A DNA stretch of 64,000 nt, taken from Clostridiaceae bacterium (lineage in GTDB: Bacteria > Bacillota > Clostridia > CAYPLH01 > DUMO01). A program made the position numbers and the translations under genes. Positions 1 through 9,941 of the stretch are shown piece after piece. Under the pieces are notes generated by a model. It was not told the DNA's origin. It was given only the letters and a program-made list of their open reading frames with translations, and did not search any database. The stretch covers positions 22,254 through 86,253 of the forward strand of contig DUMO01000083.1 in the NCBI GenBank assembly GCA_012839865.1, written 5' to 3'. How positions within the stretch are numbered: the stretch's first letter is position 1; each line of letters begins with the position of its first letter.

Positions 1-3
1 GTT

Positions 4-240
4 TTGCTCCTGCCCGTTGGAGGGACGTATACAATAGACGCAAGTGATGCTGTGGAGGTTATGAAACTCCTTAAACCGGCAGTGACAATACCCATGCATT
101 ATAAAACGCCTCCCCTGAAGTTCAGGCTTGACAGTGTGGATAATTTTCTTTTACTGGCCGGCGGAGGGCAGAGGGTAAGAAAGCAGGAGGTCGAGATAAG
201 CAACGATCTAAGGGGAATTTATGTATTGGATTATGAATGA
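4..240 (+). CDS. 3' end of a metal-dependent hydrolase (MBL-fold / UPF0173-like). The gene starts upstream of the window.
   Basis: The ORF runs to the window edge. The C-terminal motif ...AVTIPMHYKTPPL... is typical of MBL-fold Zn hydrolases. Confidence 0.45.
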   Translation: MLLPVGGTYTIDASDAVEVMKLLKPAVTIPMHYKTPPLKFRLDSVDNFLLLAGGGQRVRKQEVEISNDLRGIYVLDYE

Positions 241-534
241 TATGCAGGTTAATTAAGTATGATTAAAAAGAAATAGCTTGTAAAATGTCAATGAAGCGGA
301 AGCGTGAAGCTTCCGCTTTTTAATGTCTTCTTTCACCTGCCCATTAACTTTTTATTGCAAATATCCGATAAAAGTAGTGTATAAGATTAAACCTTCCGAA
401 AACGTATTATTACGTTTTCCATAAGCTGCCGGTTGCAGTGCCGGCCAGGTTCTTTTTGCGGCATGTTTTTATGTGGGCGGAAAGGTTTTTGCTGAAGAAA
501 GTTAAAGAAATAGTTGTGCAATTGAGTATCAAGG

Positions 535-3500
535 ATGGATAAGGATATGGGCAATCTAAAACATTGGAGTAAAAAGGCTGCATCTTGTTTTTTAATATCT
601 GTTTTTCTCATGTTATCTGTTTTTCCAGGGAACATTGCCATTTATGCGGCAGATGGTACTGGCAGTACTTATTCCGGAAATTCCGAATGGTGGGCAATAA
701 TAAACAACATTTCATATGATGAAGAGGCAAATGGCGGCGCCATACCGGAGGCGGTATACCGGGCAGGGGCTCTTGGTATTTTAAAGAGCTATGGCGATAA
801 GAATTTTAATATTAATGAGAATCTGACAAAAGAGGAAGCCATTGCTCTTGCCTTGAGGATGGCAGGTCTTGAAGATGAAGCACAGAAAGCCGCGGAAGAA
901 CTGGATGAGGAAAGACACAAGCAGGATAAAAAGACACATCCTGTAAGCATGTGGTCTGACGGATACCTTAAGATTGCAGTGGATGAAGGCTTAATCAGCG
1001 AAGAGGACTATGAGGAGGCAATGGATCCATCCGGGCAGCCTCTTCCCCCAGAAAGCTTCCTGAGGGATGCACCTGCCCAAAGGCAGGAGATGGCTTACTG
1101 GATTGCGAAAGCCCTGAAACTTGAACCGATGTATAGCCAGAACATAATATTCAACGGCTGGCAGGACTGGTATTTGTGCGATCCTGTAAAGGTGCCGTAC
1201 ATTGAAGCGGTGCTGTCAAAAGGAATAATGAGTATTCAAGATGACGGTTTTTTCGATCCTCTTGGTCCTGTAACATGGAAAGATGCGGCAGAAGCTGTTA
1301 AAAAGGCTGAAGATATAATTCTCAGGCTGAACGGAATGAAAAAGAACTCCGGTTTTATTGAAAGCATTATGGAACATGTTAATTATCTGGAGAAACCATT
1401 AGTTTATAGAACTTTTAAAATAAGGAACAAAGAAGGCAAATCGGTGACGATAACCGTTATCAAAAGTTTAGCAAAAGGTGCAGAAGGAGCAACTGGGAAC
1501 ACTGAAAATTTGCAGGGAGAAACAGGACTGTCAGAGGAGAATGAAACGGCTGGGGAAGGAGAGCTTTCAGCATCTCCGGTTCAAGATGAAATTTCCAATC
1601 AGACTGAGCTTTCCGGGCAGACTGAGATTTCCGGGCAGAATATGGTTCCTGGGCAGGACGCAGCAACCGGCGGTGAATTTTCAATTTCATCAGAAGAGAA
1701 TAAACCGTCTGAACAGGATGGGCATCCCGGACAGGAAGAAGCAAACGGAGGCAGAGGATTTTATATAGAGGAGGAAGATGATGAGCTGTCTGGACAGGGA
1801 GATAATTCCGGACAGGATGATTCTTCAGACCTGAATGAATTTCCCGGGCAGAATGAAACAACCGGGGATAACGGGCTTTTGGAGCAAAACACAGCATCAG
1901 GGCAGAGTGACCTTCCTGTGCAGAATGAACTTCCGGGACAGAGTGCGGTTCCCGGGCAAAATGAACCGCTGGTGCAGAATGAAATTTCCGGACAAAATGA
2001 GAGTCCTCAACAGGCTGAGTCCCCGGAACAGAATGAGTCAAATGAAGATATGGTGACATCAATTCAATTTGATTATTCGGATCAGGATGACCTGCTTTCC
2101 CAAAAAAACCTGGTTGTATTCAAGGACGGAATTATCGGGGACAGCAGTCTCCTGGAAGTAAATGATGTTATCGAGTACATAGTAAAAGGCTCATCCGCAT
2201 TATATGCAAAAGTAACAGAGAAGGCCAAAGAAGAACAGTTTATTGCGCAGATTACAAGCATTGACAAAGATAACCTGACCATGAATTTAAAGATTTTGGG
2301 TTTGCCGGAAAAAAGCCAGACGGTATATGTCATGCCAGAGGATGCATCTTTCTTAAGCAGCATAAATGAAGAAGTGTTCCGTTTTTCCCAGGACTTTATA
2401 TATGATACGGGATATAGATTCGCTTCGGCAGATGAGTTGAATGAAGGCGATATTGTTCTGCTTAGGAAGAAGCAGGAAATGATTGTAGGGGCGAAAAGAA
2501 TGGAACTCAAGGACAAAGTGGGACATGAAGTTGTATGCGGAATTGTTGAGGAAAACAATCCAGGCTTTGGCTTTATTACTCTGTACCGGGAAGACGGTTG
2601 GGGTACATCTCCGGAAAACGCCGAAGTATTGACCATGACCAGGACATATGCTTATGGAAAACCCGAGGAAACAGATGTTTATGTAAACCACAGCAAAGCC
2701 AGTGCATATGATATCGAAAGTGGGGACACAGTTTTTATAAAGCTGGATGCCCGGGGCGATATTATCGGGATAAGTGCTGTAAATAATCATGTAACCAAAT
2801 ATGGTACGGTGATTAATTCAGGCAAGAATTACCTGACGGTTGAATATGATGATGGAACTCAGCAGGTGCTGAATATAAACAGCAATGTCAAGTACTATCT
2901 GTCAGGCGTGCAAGTTGAGGCAGATTCTCTTAAAGACGGGGACAGGATAAAGCTGATTTTAAATGAAGGAAGCAAATCAACTGCCATAAAGGAAATCCAT
3001 ATTGAGGACGACAGGTTCCTGATATCCAATGTATACAAAGGAACTCTGTCATATATTGATTTCATTTCGGACAAGCTTGTTCTGCGGAATCTGGAAGTGT
3101 TGGAAAACGGTGATTGGCGCCTTGTTGACCAGAAAGGATTCACTGGTATACAAATAACTGGTGACTGCAGAATTTTTCATGCCGGAAGGCCGATTAGCCG
3201 GGACCAGGCCAATAAGGATTTGAAGGGTTTTGAAGCCTATGTTGCCGTTAGAAAAGGTTATGGAGGAATCGAGAATGCTGTAGTTGTTTCTTTCAGAAAC
3301 AGCAAGAATTCAGAGATTATATACGATGACCTGATCGCCGGTGTTGGAGAAAAGGAAGTAAGACTCATGAATACTTCAAACAATTTGGCAATAAACAACG
3401 GCAGCATCCTTATTAAAAACGGAAGATTGGTCTTCCCGGGCAGCATAAATTCCATGGATGTTGCATATGTGGTGGCAAACAGGGATTTGGTCACAGGGGG

Positions 3501-4089
3501 TTATTCGGCAGATGTGGTTGAAATCAAAGAACGTTTCGGGATAAAAATGCTTAAAATTTACAGAGGCAGGATTTCGGACATTACCGCAAACAGAAGCGTA
3601 ACCCTTGAATCCTGGTCGGAATTTAACGACCTTAAATGGACATACTACAACACTCCGAAGACCTTCAGTCTGACTTATGATACAAAAATTCTCGGAGACA
3701 ACGGAACAATAAACAACAGAAACTTTATTGATTTCGGACCCAACAGCTACAAAGGCCAGACCATTTACATTGTTTCAAAGGATGAAGAAGCACTGCTGAT
3801 AAGCACTGCTCCTTACGGAGTCCAGTATTCCCGGGGTGAGATATATGGGCTTTCGAGAACCGGAGGAAGCATAACAGGTTTTGTTCTCAAGGATGCAGCT
3901 GATTTTAACATTGAGACTTACTTGTGGAGCAACAGTGCGGACATTCAGGCAAGTATCTTAAACAACAGCATTATACTGAAAAATGATGAAATAATTAATC
4001 CCTCCGACCTGAAAATAGGGGATAAAGTAGGTATCTTAAGGAAGGAAACCGGGACGGCCGGGGATGTGTATCTGGTGATTGTACAATAG
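535..4089 (+). CDS. Large secreted surface protein (1184 aa). It has an N-terminal signal peptide, SLH-like repeats near the N-terminus, a long acidic Q/N/E-rich GQxE-repeat linker, and a ~700-aa C-terminal domain of unknown function.
   Basis: Hydrophobic signal segment SCFLISVFLMLSVFPGNIAIYAADG. SLH-like segments (NENLTKEEAIALALRMAGL; WSDGYLKIAVDEGLI...AYWIAKALKL). A low-complexity tract at aa ~320-500. The start could be ATG 535 or 547. Confidence 0.6.
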   Translation: MDKDMGNLKHWSKKAASCFLISVFLMLSVFPGNIAIYAADGTGSTYSGNSEWWAIINNISYDEEANGGAIPEAVYRAGALGILKSYGDKNFNINENLTKEEAIALALRMAGLEDEAQKAAEELDEERHKQDKKTHPVSMWSDGYLKIAVDEGLISEEDYEEAMDPSGQPLPPESFLRDAPAQRQEMAYWIAKALKLEPMYSQNIIFNGWQDWYLCDPVKVPYIEAVLSKGIMSIQDDGFFDPLGPVTWKDAAEAVKKAEDIILRLNGMKKNSGFIESIMEHVNYLEKPLVYRTFKIRNKEGKSVTITVIKSLAKGAEGATGNTENLQGETGLSEENETAGEGELSASPVQDEISNQTELSGQTEISGQNMVPGQDAATGGEFSISSEENKPSEQDGHPGQEEANGGRGFYIEEEDDELSGQGDNSGQDDSSDLNEFPGQNETTGDNGLLEQNTASGQSDLPVQNELPGQSAVPGQNEPLVQNEISGQNESPQQAESPEQNESNEDMVTSIQFDYSDQDDLLSQKNLVVFKDGIIGDSSLLEVNDVIEYIVKGSSALYAKVTEKAKEEQFIAQITSIDKDNLTMNLKILGLPEKSQTVYVMPEDASFLSSINEEVFRFSQDFIYDTGYRFASADELNEGDIVLLRKKQEMIVGAKRMELKDKVGHEVVCGIVEENNPGFGFITLYREDGWGTSPENAEVLTMTRTYAYGKPEETDVYVNHSKASAYDIESGDTVFIKLDARGDIIGISAVNNHVTKYGTVINSGKNYLTVEYDDGTQQVLNINSNVKYYLSGVQVEADSLKDGDRIKLILNEGSKSTAIKEIHIEDDRFLISNVYKGTLSYIDFISDKLVLRNLEVLENGDWRLVDQKGFTGIQITGDCRIFHAGRPISRDQANKDLKGFEAYVAVRKGYGGIENAVVVSFRNSKNSEIIYDDLIAGVGEKEVRLMNTSNNLAINNGSILIKNGRLVFPGSINSMDVAYVVANRDLVTGGYSADVVEIKERFGIKMLKIYRGRISDITANRSVTLESWSEFNDLKWTYYNTPKTFSLTYDTKILGDNGTINNRNFIDFGPNSYKGQTIYIVSKDEEALLISTAPYGVQYSRGEIYGLSRTGGSITGFVLKDAADFNIETYLWSNSADIQASILNNSIILKNDEIINPSDLKIGDKVGILRKETGTAGDVYLVIVQ
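1590..2040 (+). repeat. In-frame degenerate tandem repeats encoding (S/P)GQ(N/T)E-type units. This is the low-complexity linker of the surface protein.
   Basis: Recurrent nucleotide motifs (tccgggcagactgag, cccgggcagaatgaa, ccgggacagagtgcg and similar) encode the repeats ELSGQTEISGQNMVPGQD...PGQNE. Confidence 0.55.
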
Positions 4090-4107
4090 TTTAGAATAGA
4101 GGATGAG

Positions 4108-5661
4108 ATGCAAATGTTGATTTCTGGAAAAAGCAGCAAGAAAGTTAACGTGTTCATTATTGCGGCAATCGTACTTTTGGTTATTATGCCAAAGCCAGTC
4201 AGTGCAATGGGGAACTGTGGATATGAAGGGGGAATTTCTTCGGGCGGCAGCCAGAACCAAACCATAGTCAGTTTGGAATACCAGGAGGTTTGTGTTTTAT
4301 CAGGTAAACCTTTTATATTAAAAGGAGAGCTGAGTATCAGGACAACCAACCGTACAAATTCAATAAGAAAAACATATACCTACAACCTGGAAAACTTGAG
4401 CATGAATGCTACCTTGAAGCGAACCGTGGTTCTTGAGACCACAACCACCGAAAAAAGCAACGGACAGGCTATTGAAGATACGGTATTGGCAGCCAAGCCC
4501 TCAGAAGTGGTGAGAATCGGAGATAAGACATATACCTTGAAAAGCCATGACATGTCCATATCGGCTTTAGTTGATAAAAAACCCGCAATACGGTATTCAG
4601 CAGGCAACCTGTGGGGGAAGAAAACTTACCAGGTCAGCAATGGGAGCAGCAGCGGAACCGTCACTGTTGAATTAATCGGCAACCTGTACAGCTATGACCA
4701 GTATTGGAGCACAACTGAAACAGGAATAATAAATTATATAGTTCAAAGTGAGGAAATAAAAGGAGATACAACGGACCGCTGGGGCGGTACAGGGACTGTA
4801 ACTCTCTGTGCTTCCTCAACAAAGCAAATGAAGTATGTTGAAAACCTGCCGGATCAAATAAGCTTTGAGGGAGGATATGTTGAAACGGTTTACAATAACA
4901 GCATACTTGAATATGATTTCAAAATGCCTGAATTTGATGCAGAAGGCATATCAACCGACAGAATTATTGGTATAAAAGATACTATAAAAATGGAAAGCTT
5001 CCCTGTACAGAAAAGGCTTCCGGCTCCCAATTTGGCTCACCTCAGAGGCCATTGGGCTGAAAATGATATTAAGGCACTTTTCAGTCTTGAGGTGTTTTCA
5101 GGTGATCCTGCAAGCTTTAATCCTGCTCAGTATATAAGCAGGCAGGAGTTTGTTGCAGCTTTGGAGAAAGCAGCTAAGGAAGTTGCCGATGAGACGGCAA
5201 ATACACGCACAAGCATAACTTCAAGAAACAAGACCAGGGAGGAAAAGGTTGAATCACCGTTTATTGATGTTATGCCTGGAAATCCGTATTTTGAAAGTAT
5301 AATAAAAGCATACAAGCGCGGTCTGGTTAACGGAAAAGGGTACGATGTCTTTGCTCCGGAGGATTTTGTATCTCTTGCCGATGCAATAACCATGTTTATT
5401 CGGGCGGTGGGTCTTGAAATAATGGCTCCTAATCCCGGAGCGGTAACTTTATTCAAAGACAATGACCGCATTCCGGCATACGCAAGAAATGCGGTATACA
5501 TAGCCCAAAGGATTGGCCTTGTGCAGGGAGATGACAGGGGATATATACATGCCGAGGAGTATATCACCAAGGACAAGGCTGCGGCCTTAATCAACAGATT
5601 CATAAATTATATGCGTACAGGGATACAGGAAGACTACAGGGAGAGAATAATAGATTTTTAA
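4108..5661 (+). CDS. S-layer-associated protein with an N-terminal signal peptide and unknown domain, and three C-terminal SLH domains.
   Basis: Signal/TM segment VFIIAAIVLLVIMPKPVSA. Three SLH-type segments in the last ~190 aa (WAENDIKALFSLEVFSG...FVAALEKA; FIDVMPGNPYFESIIKAYKRGLVNG...; PAYARNAVYIAQRIGLVQG...AAALINRF). Confidence 0.65.
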   Translation: MQMLISGKSSKKVNVFIIAAIVLLVIMPKPVSAMGNCGYEGGISSGGSQNQTIVSLEYQEVCVLSGKPFILKGELSIRTTNRTNSIRKTYTYNLENLSMNATLKRTVVLETTTTEKSNGQAIEDTVLAAKPSEVVRIGDKTYTLKSHDMSISALVDKKPAIRYSAGNLWGKKTYQVSNGSSSGTVTVELIGNLYSYDQYWSTTETGIINYIVQSEEIKGDTTDRWGGTGTVTLCASSTKQMKYVENLPDQISFEGGYVETVYNNSILEYDFKMPEFDAEGISTDRIIGIKDTIKMESFPVQKRLPAPNLAHLRGHWAENDIKALFSLEVFSGDPASFNPAQYISRQEFVAALEKAAKEVADETANTRTSITSRNKTREEKVESPFIDVMPGNPYFESIIKAYKRGLVNGKGYDVFAPEDFVSLADAITMFIRAVGLEIMAPNPGAVTLFKDNDRIPAYARNAVYIAQRIGLVQGDDRGYIHAEEYITKDKAAALINRFINYMRTGIQEDYRERIIDF

Positions 5662-6067
5662 CAAACTTCATCAAGGCTGCGACCTTACGGGATAACAGGT
5701 TTTCAACGCCCGGTAATAAACAAATCATGTATTTTAATAGCTTTATTGGAACACAAAATTGCAGCTTAAGACTACTTCTTAACAGCAATTAATAGCAATT
5801 CCGGTAAAGCTTTTTTCATCTTCTCAGCATATTTTTTCTGTGATAGAATAATAAATAAACAGCGAGATCTTCTTTATTGAGTCTTGTGAATACGCAAAAG
5901 ATCTTAACCTGCCTGCCGGTCTTTATTGAAGGACCGGCTTCCAGATTTGTTTTATTCCGGCTTGTGTACAAAAGCCGTTTATGCATAATCTCCGGAAGAG
6001 ACCTGAAACAGGGCTTTTTTGAAATATGCATTCAATGAAAATAAACTATGTGAGGAGAATTACTGTG

Positions 6068-7567
6068 ATGAGGTACGGGTTGAAGAAAATATTTATTGTT
6101 TTCATATTGATATTTGTATTGATTTCATCAGGGACAGCGGCAGTTGCTACTGAAAACACCCTTGGCCCGAAGGATGAAACTGTTGAGTTTCTCAAGGGCG
6201 TTATTGACATGCTGGAGGACAGGTATAACGGTGAAATTTCAGTGGAGGAACTGGTTAAGGGCGCTCTTCGGGGGATGTTTGACACACTGGATGATTACAC
6301 TGTTTTCTATGATCCGGAGGAAGCGGAAACATTTCTTTCGGATATGCAAGGCAATTATGAGGGCATAGGAGTAATGATGTCAATAAGGGATGAGTACATT
6401 ACAATAGTAAAGGTATTCCCGAATTCTCCGGCCCAGAGAGCAGGTTTGGACGTAGGAGACAGGATTGTTGCCGTCGAAGGTCAGAGTGTATCAGGTATGG
6501 CTCTGGATGCAGTTGCAGCCAAAATAAAAGGTGAAGCCGGTACAATAGTCAAACTGGGAATTATTAAAAACGGAGAAAGTGAAGTAACCTTCGTTGATGT
6601 TGAAAGGGCCAGTGTGAAATATAATCCGGTCAACTATGAAATTCGGGGAGATATAGGGTATATTCAACTGGATGTATTCAACAGCAACACATATGAATTT
6701 GTTGCTCAAGCCCTTGATTACATGGATCAGAACAATATAACAAAAATCATCCTTGATCTGAGGGGAAATCCCGGCGGTACCGTAGACCAGGCGGTGGAAG
6801 TTGCACGAAGGTTTGTACCTGAGGGTGTCATAACAAAACTTGCTTTTAAATCGGAAGGTACTCCTGATATTATATACAGTTCCGAATTAAAAGAACTTAA
6901 ATATAAACTGGCTGTCCTTGTAAACGGAATGACAGCAAGTGCTTCTGAAATTATTGCCGGTGCTGTGCAGGATACAAATTCGGGAGTGATTATCGGAACC
7001 AGAACCTTTGGGAAATCAAAAGTCCAAAACATTATTCCCATTCTTACCCCGTCAGCTTTCAAGAAATATGAACAGCAGCTTGGTGTCAAGCTGGTCGATG
7101 CGTATGACCTTTTAAGATATTATGGTGTAGTACCCTTTGACAGTGAAATTGTTGGATGGACAAAAATGACAACCGGGGAATACCTTACTCCAAACGGACG
7201 GGTTATTGACGGGGTGGGAATTGAGCCTGATATATTTGTTGAGGATCCTATAGCCGTATTGGGCATTAACATACAGACCGTGCAGTTTTTGCAGAAAAAG
7301 ATAAAGCCCGGGCTGGGAAGCGAAGGGATCGATGTTTTAAACGCTGAAAAAATACTGAAGCTGAGCGGTTATAAAATTGATGAACCAGATATGGTTCTGG
7401 ACCAGAAAACTTTTGAAGCAATTATGGAGTATCAGGCGAAAAACGGCTTATATCCTTATGGTGTGCTTGATTTTACCACACAGCAGTATTTAAACGAAGA
7501 CCTGGCTGAGTTAATCTGCAATATCGACAGGCAGTACGGCAAGGCAGTTGAAATATTAGGACAATAA
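6068..7567 (+). CDS. ctpA: Carboxyl-terminal processing (tail-specific) S41 peptidase with a PDZ domain and a C-terminal peptidoglycan-binding domain.
   Basis: An S41 core (GGTVDQAVEVARRF; LVNGMTASASEIIAGA), a PDZ segment, and a PG_binding_1-like C-terminus (EAIMEYQAKNGLYPYGVLDFTTQQYL). The ORF opens at 6026 and the RBS favours a start at 6065/6068. Confidence 0.7.
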   Translation: MRYGLKKIFIVFILIFVLISSGTAAVATENTLGPKDETVEFLKGVIDMLEDRYNGEISVEELVKGALRGMFDTLDDYTVFYDPEEAETFLSDMQGNYEGIGVMMSIRDEYITIVKVFPNSPAQRAGLDVGDRIVAVEGQSVSGMALDAVAAKIKGEAGTIVKLGIIKNGESEVTFVDVERASVKYNPVNYEIRGDIGYIQLDVFNSNTYEFVAQALDYMDQNNITKIILDLRGNPGGTVDQAVEVARRFVPEGVITKLAFKSEGTPDIIYSSELKELKYKLAVLVNGMTASASEIIAGAVQDTNSGVIIGTRTFGKSKVQNIIPILTPSAFKKYEQQLGVKLVDAYDLLRYYGVVPFDSEIVGWTKMTTGEYLTPNGRVIDGVGIEPDIFVEDPIAVLGINIQTVQFLQKKIKPGLGSEGIDVLNAEKILKLSGYKIDEPDMVLDQKTFEAIMEYQAKNGLYPYGVLDFTTQQYLNEDLAELICNIDRQYGKAVEILGQ

Positions 7568-7670
7568 TATGATTTGTTGATGTTCAGGCATCTTATTTGC
7601 CTTTATAGGGGCAATCTTATATTGAAACGGTACAGGATGGCCAGGCAAAAGAAATATATGCAAAACAAGA

Positions 7671-7705
7671 CAAAATAAAGCCAATTGTTATTGTTCCGCA
7701 TATAG
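7671..7705. repeat. AT-rich dispersed intergenic repeat, copy 1. The core is caaaataaagccaattgtta..ccGCATAtagc.
   Basis: Shares the ~40-bp core with the copies at 12765-12850, 20678-20720 and 26915-27015. Confidence 0.5.
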
Positions 7706-7881
7706 CTGCTTCATGATACAATTCCCCCAATCCCGCTGCAACAGAGGTATTGGGGTTTTTTGTTCATAAAGCAATATGTTGCGGGCAATAACATAATATT
7801 TCTCCAGGGTATAAATTTATACAATGATGACAATACTTAATGTGAATGAAAATATTGCTTAAATTTGCAGGGGGAAGTACT

Positions 7882-8589
7882 ATGAGTAAATTGTCATCAT
7901 TGTATAATAAATTTAGAAGACATAACAAGCTTTTAAAATTGAGCTTACTAATCGTACCGGCTACAGTAATGGCAGTATGTATAATAGTGTCATCACATCC
8001 CGGCAAAGCCGGATCCGGGCTTTATGAAAACCTTGTAAGGCTGCATGTTGTTGCAAACAGCGATTCTCCCGAGGACCAGCAATTAAAAAGACAGGTCCGG
8101 CATGCTGTCATAAACGAAATGAAACTTATGCTCAAGGACGCAAAAGATATAAATCAGGCGAAGGATGTTATCAGCAATTATCTGGATAGAATAAAGGAAA
8201 TAGCAAGAGAGGAAGTTGTCAGGACAGGAAAGGACTATGCCGTAAATGCAATGCTTGGAAGCTTCCCGTTTCCAACGAAAGCGTATGGCGATATTACCCT
8301 TCCGGCAGGCAATTACCAGGCTTTAAGGATTGTCTTGGGTGAAGGCAATGGTGAGAACTGGTGGTGTGTGCTTTTTCCTCCTTTGTGCTTTGTTGATGCA
8401 ACCAATGGAACGGTGCCGGATTCATTGAAGCAGGACCTGAAGGCTGTACTCTCCACTGAGGATTATGAGATAATCACATCCATGGGTCAGGATGAAGATA
8501 TACCTATAAAAATAAAATTCAAGATTGTCGAGCTTTTTCAAAATTCCAAATCCAAAGTGGTTGACAGGTTGAGCAAGTTATTCAGATGA
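7882..8589 (+). CDS. spoIIR: Stage II sporulation protein R.
   Basis: SpoIIR-type sequence (LVRLHVVANSDSPEDQQLKRQVRHAV...; NWWCVLFPPLCF). The ORF opens at 7846 and the RBS ggggga supports ATG 7882. Confidence 0.75.
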   Translation: MSKLSSLYNKFRRHNKLLKLSLLIVPATVMAVCIIVSSHPGKAGSGLYENLVRLHVVANSDSPEDQQLKRQVRHAVINEMKLMLKDAKDINQAKDVISNYLDRIKEIAREEVVRTGKDYAVNAMLGSFPFPTKAYGDITLPAGNYQALRIVLGEGNGENWWCVLFPPLCFVDATNGTVPDSLKQDLKAVLSTEDYEIITSMGQDEDIPIKIKFKIVELFQNSKSKVVDRLSKLFR

Positions 8590-8721
8590 GGTGTTTTCAA
8601 GTTTCAGTGCCGGGAAAGGAAAGCAGTATTCCCAGGTAAGGTTATTGGCCCGGACTGACAGGTAAGTAATGGCCCAGCCACCAGATGGATATTTTATAAG
8701 TGAGATTTTCAGTGTACGTTT

Positions 8722-8755
8722 GCTCCTGGTTATAATAAATCAGGAGCTTTTTATG
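8722..8755 (+). terminator. Rho-independent terminator-like hairpin (gctcctgg...ccaggagc + T run) in the 3' region of spoIIR.
   Basis: gctcctggttataataaatcaggagcttttta. Confidence 0.45.
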
Positions 8756-9073
8756 CTTATAATCAATAACATCTCTGCCTATCTTATAAACTATAAGCTC
8801 CAACATTATAATCCAACTGGCCTTAAGCAGCATACCCTATATACTTTGCAAATAGCTGTAATGCTTCCAATAGTGGACTACATCACCATTGAAATAGTGA
8901 GCTTCGGAGTCACAGGAAAACTACCTGTTGCCTCTCAGGCTTGTCCAATGCCACTGCTGCTGGCAGGTATTGAGATTTGGAGGTTTCACACCGGAGTTTC
9001 TAAATATTCCAATCCTTAATGTTGCAATTTCTTATATTTTTTTCTCAATTCGAAAAAAATAAGTGACGACATA

Positions 9074-9102
9074 TTGACAATCAAAATAAATGGGAGTAAA
9101 AT
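9074..9102 (+). promoter_or_regulatory. Near-consensus sigma-A promoter (TTGACA-17 bp-TAAAAT) upstream of the arsR/P1B-ATPase operon.
   Basis: ttgaca atcaaaataaatgggag taaaat. Confidence 0.55.
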
Positions 9103-9113
9103 TACAATACAAT

Positions 9114-9133
9114 ATATGAACAATTATTCATAT
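9114..9133. promoter_or_regulatory. 20-bp near-perfect palindrome ATATGAACAATTATTCATAT immediately downstream of the -10. This is a candidate ArsR/SmtB-family (CadC-like) operator.
   Basis: 9 of 10 symmetric positions match. It sits at +10 to +30 relative to the promoter, which is typical for ArsR-family operators. Confidence 0.45.
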
Positions 9134-9323
9134 ATTCAAACATTCAGATAAACAGGAAGGATAATGAAGAACAGGCAGACAAGGTTGGGGAAAAAACAGG
9201 GGAAATAATTAGGGATAAACACTGGCCGGACAACGGAGAAGTGATTTGGAAAATTGTTAAGTATCAGCCTGGGCCGGCAATGGTACAATAAATTACAAAA
9301 CCGGGAAATGGGGTGGAAGAAAA

Positions 9324-9686
9324 ATGAAAGAAAACGGAGTGGAAAAATGTGATGTAAGCGTAATTCATAATGAAACAATCCGGCAGGTAAAAAATAAAAT
9401 GCCAAAGGAAGAAAAGCTGTATGACCTTGCAGAACTTTTCAAGGTTTTCGGTGATACCACGCGTATAAAAATAATTCAGGTGTTGTTTGTGTCTGAGATG
9501 TGTGTTTGCGATATTGCAGCCCTCCTGAACATGACGCAATCGGCGATATCCCACCAGTTGAGAGTGCTCAAACAGACAAGGCTTGTAAAATACCGCAAGG
9601 AGGGAAAGGTTGTTTATTACTCACTGGATGATGATCACATAAAGAACATATTTGATCAGGGACTGCTCCATATAACTGAAAGGTAG
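9324..9686 (+). CDS. ArsR/SmtB-family metalloregulatory transcriptional repressor (CadC-like).
   Basis: wHTH segment LFKVFGDTTRIKIIQVLFVSEMCVCDIAALLNMTQSAISHQLRVLK, with Cys residues in the alpha-3/alpha-5 region. It lies directly upstream of a P1B ATPase. Confidence 0.75.
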   Translation: MKENGVEKCDVSVIHNETIRQVKNKMPKEEKLYDLAELFKVFGDTTRIKIIQVLFVSEMCVCDIAALLNMTQSAISHQLRVLKQTRLVKYRKEGKVVYYSLDDDHIKNIFDQGLLHITER

Positions 9687-9941
9687 CAATCAATAGAAAA
9701 GGCAAAGACGGTATTTATCAAAACCCATGGCAAGTATTGAAAATACATGTCATGGAAGAATGAATATTGAAAAGAAAAGCCGGTATTTATTAAGCGGGAT
9801 ATCCCATACGGCATTAATCATGGTTAACCGATAAAGCAGGGTGATTGTTCAATAGAGTGGCAGTTCAATATAGATGAAAGCTGATGTGAAAAGATACGTA
9901 TTGCAAGGCATGAAGCAGCGGTACATAAGGGGGTTATAGAA

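Noticed and set aside
1460-2062. Minus-strand 200-aa ORF (and the + ORFs 1478-1768 and 1835-2056) inside the big surface-protein gene.
   Set aside because: They lie entirely within the repetitive GQxE-linker coding region of a well-supported + strand gene. Their Pro/His/Arg-rich composition is typical of an out-of-frame repeat translation.
8669-9019. 116-aa + ORF between spoIIR and the arsR promoter.
   Set aside because: It reads through a terminator hairpin and has Ile/Leu-rich low-complexity composition with no recognisable domain. It was kept only as a note inside a finding.
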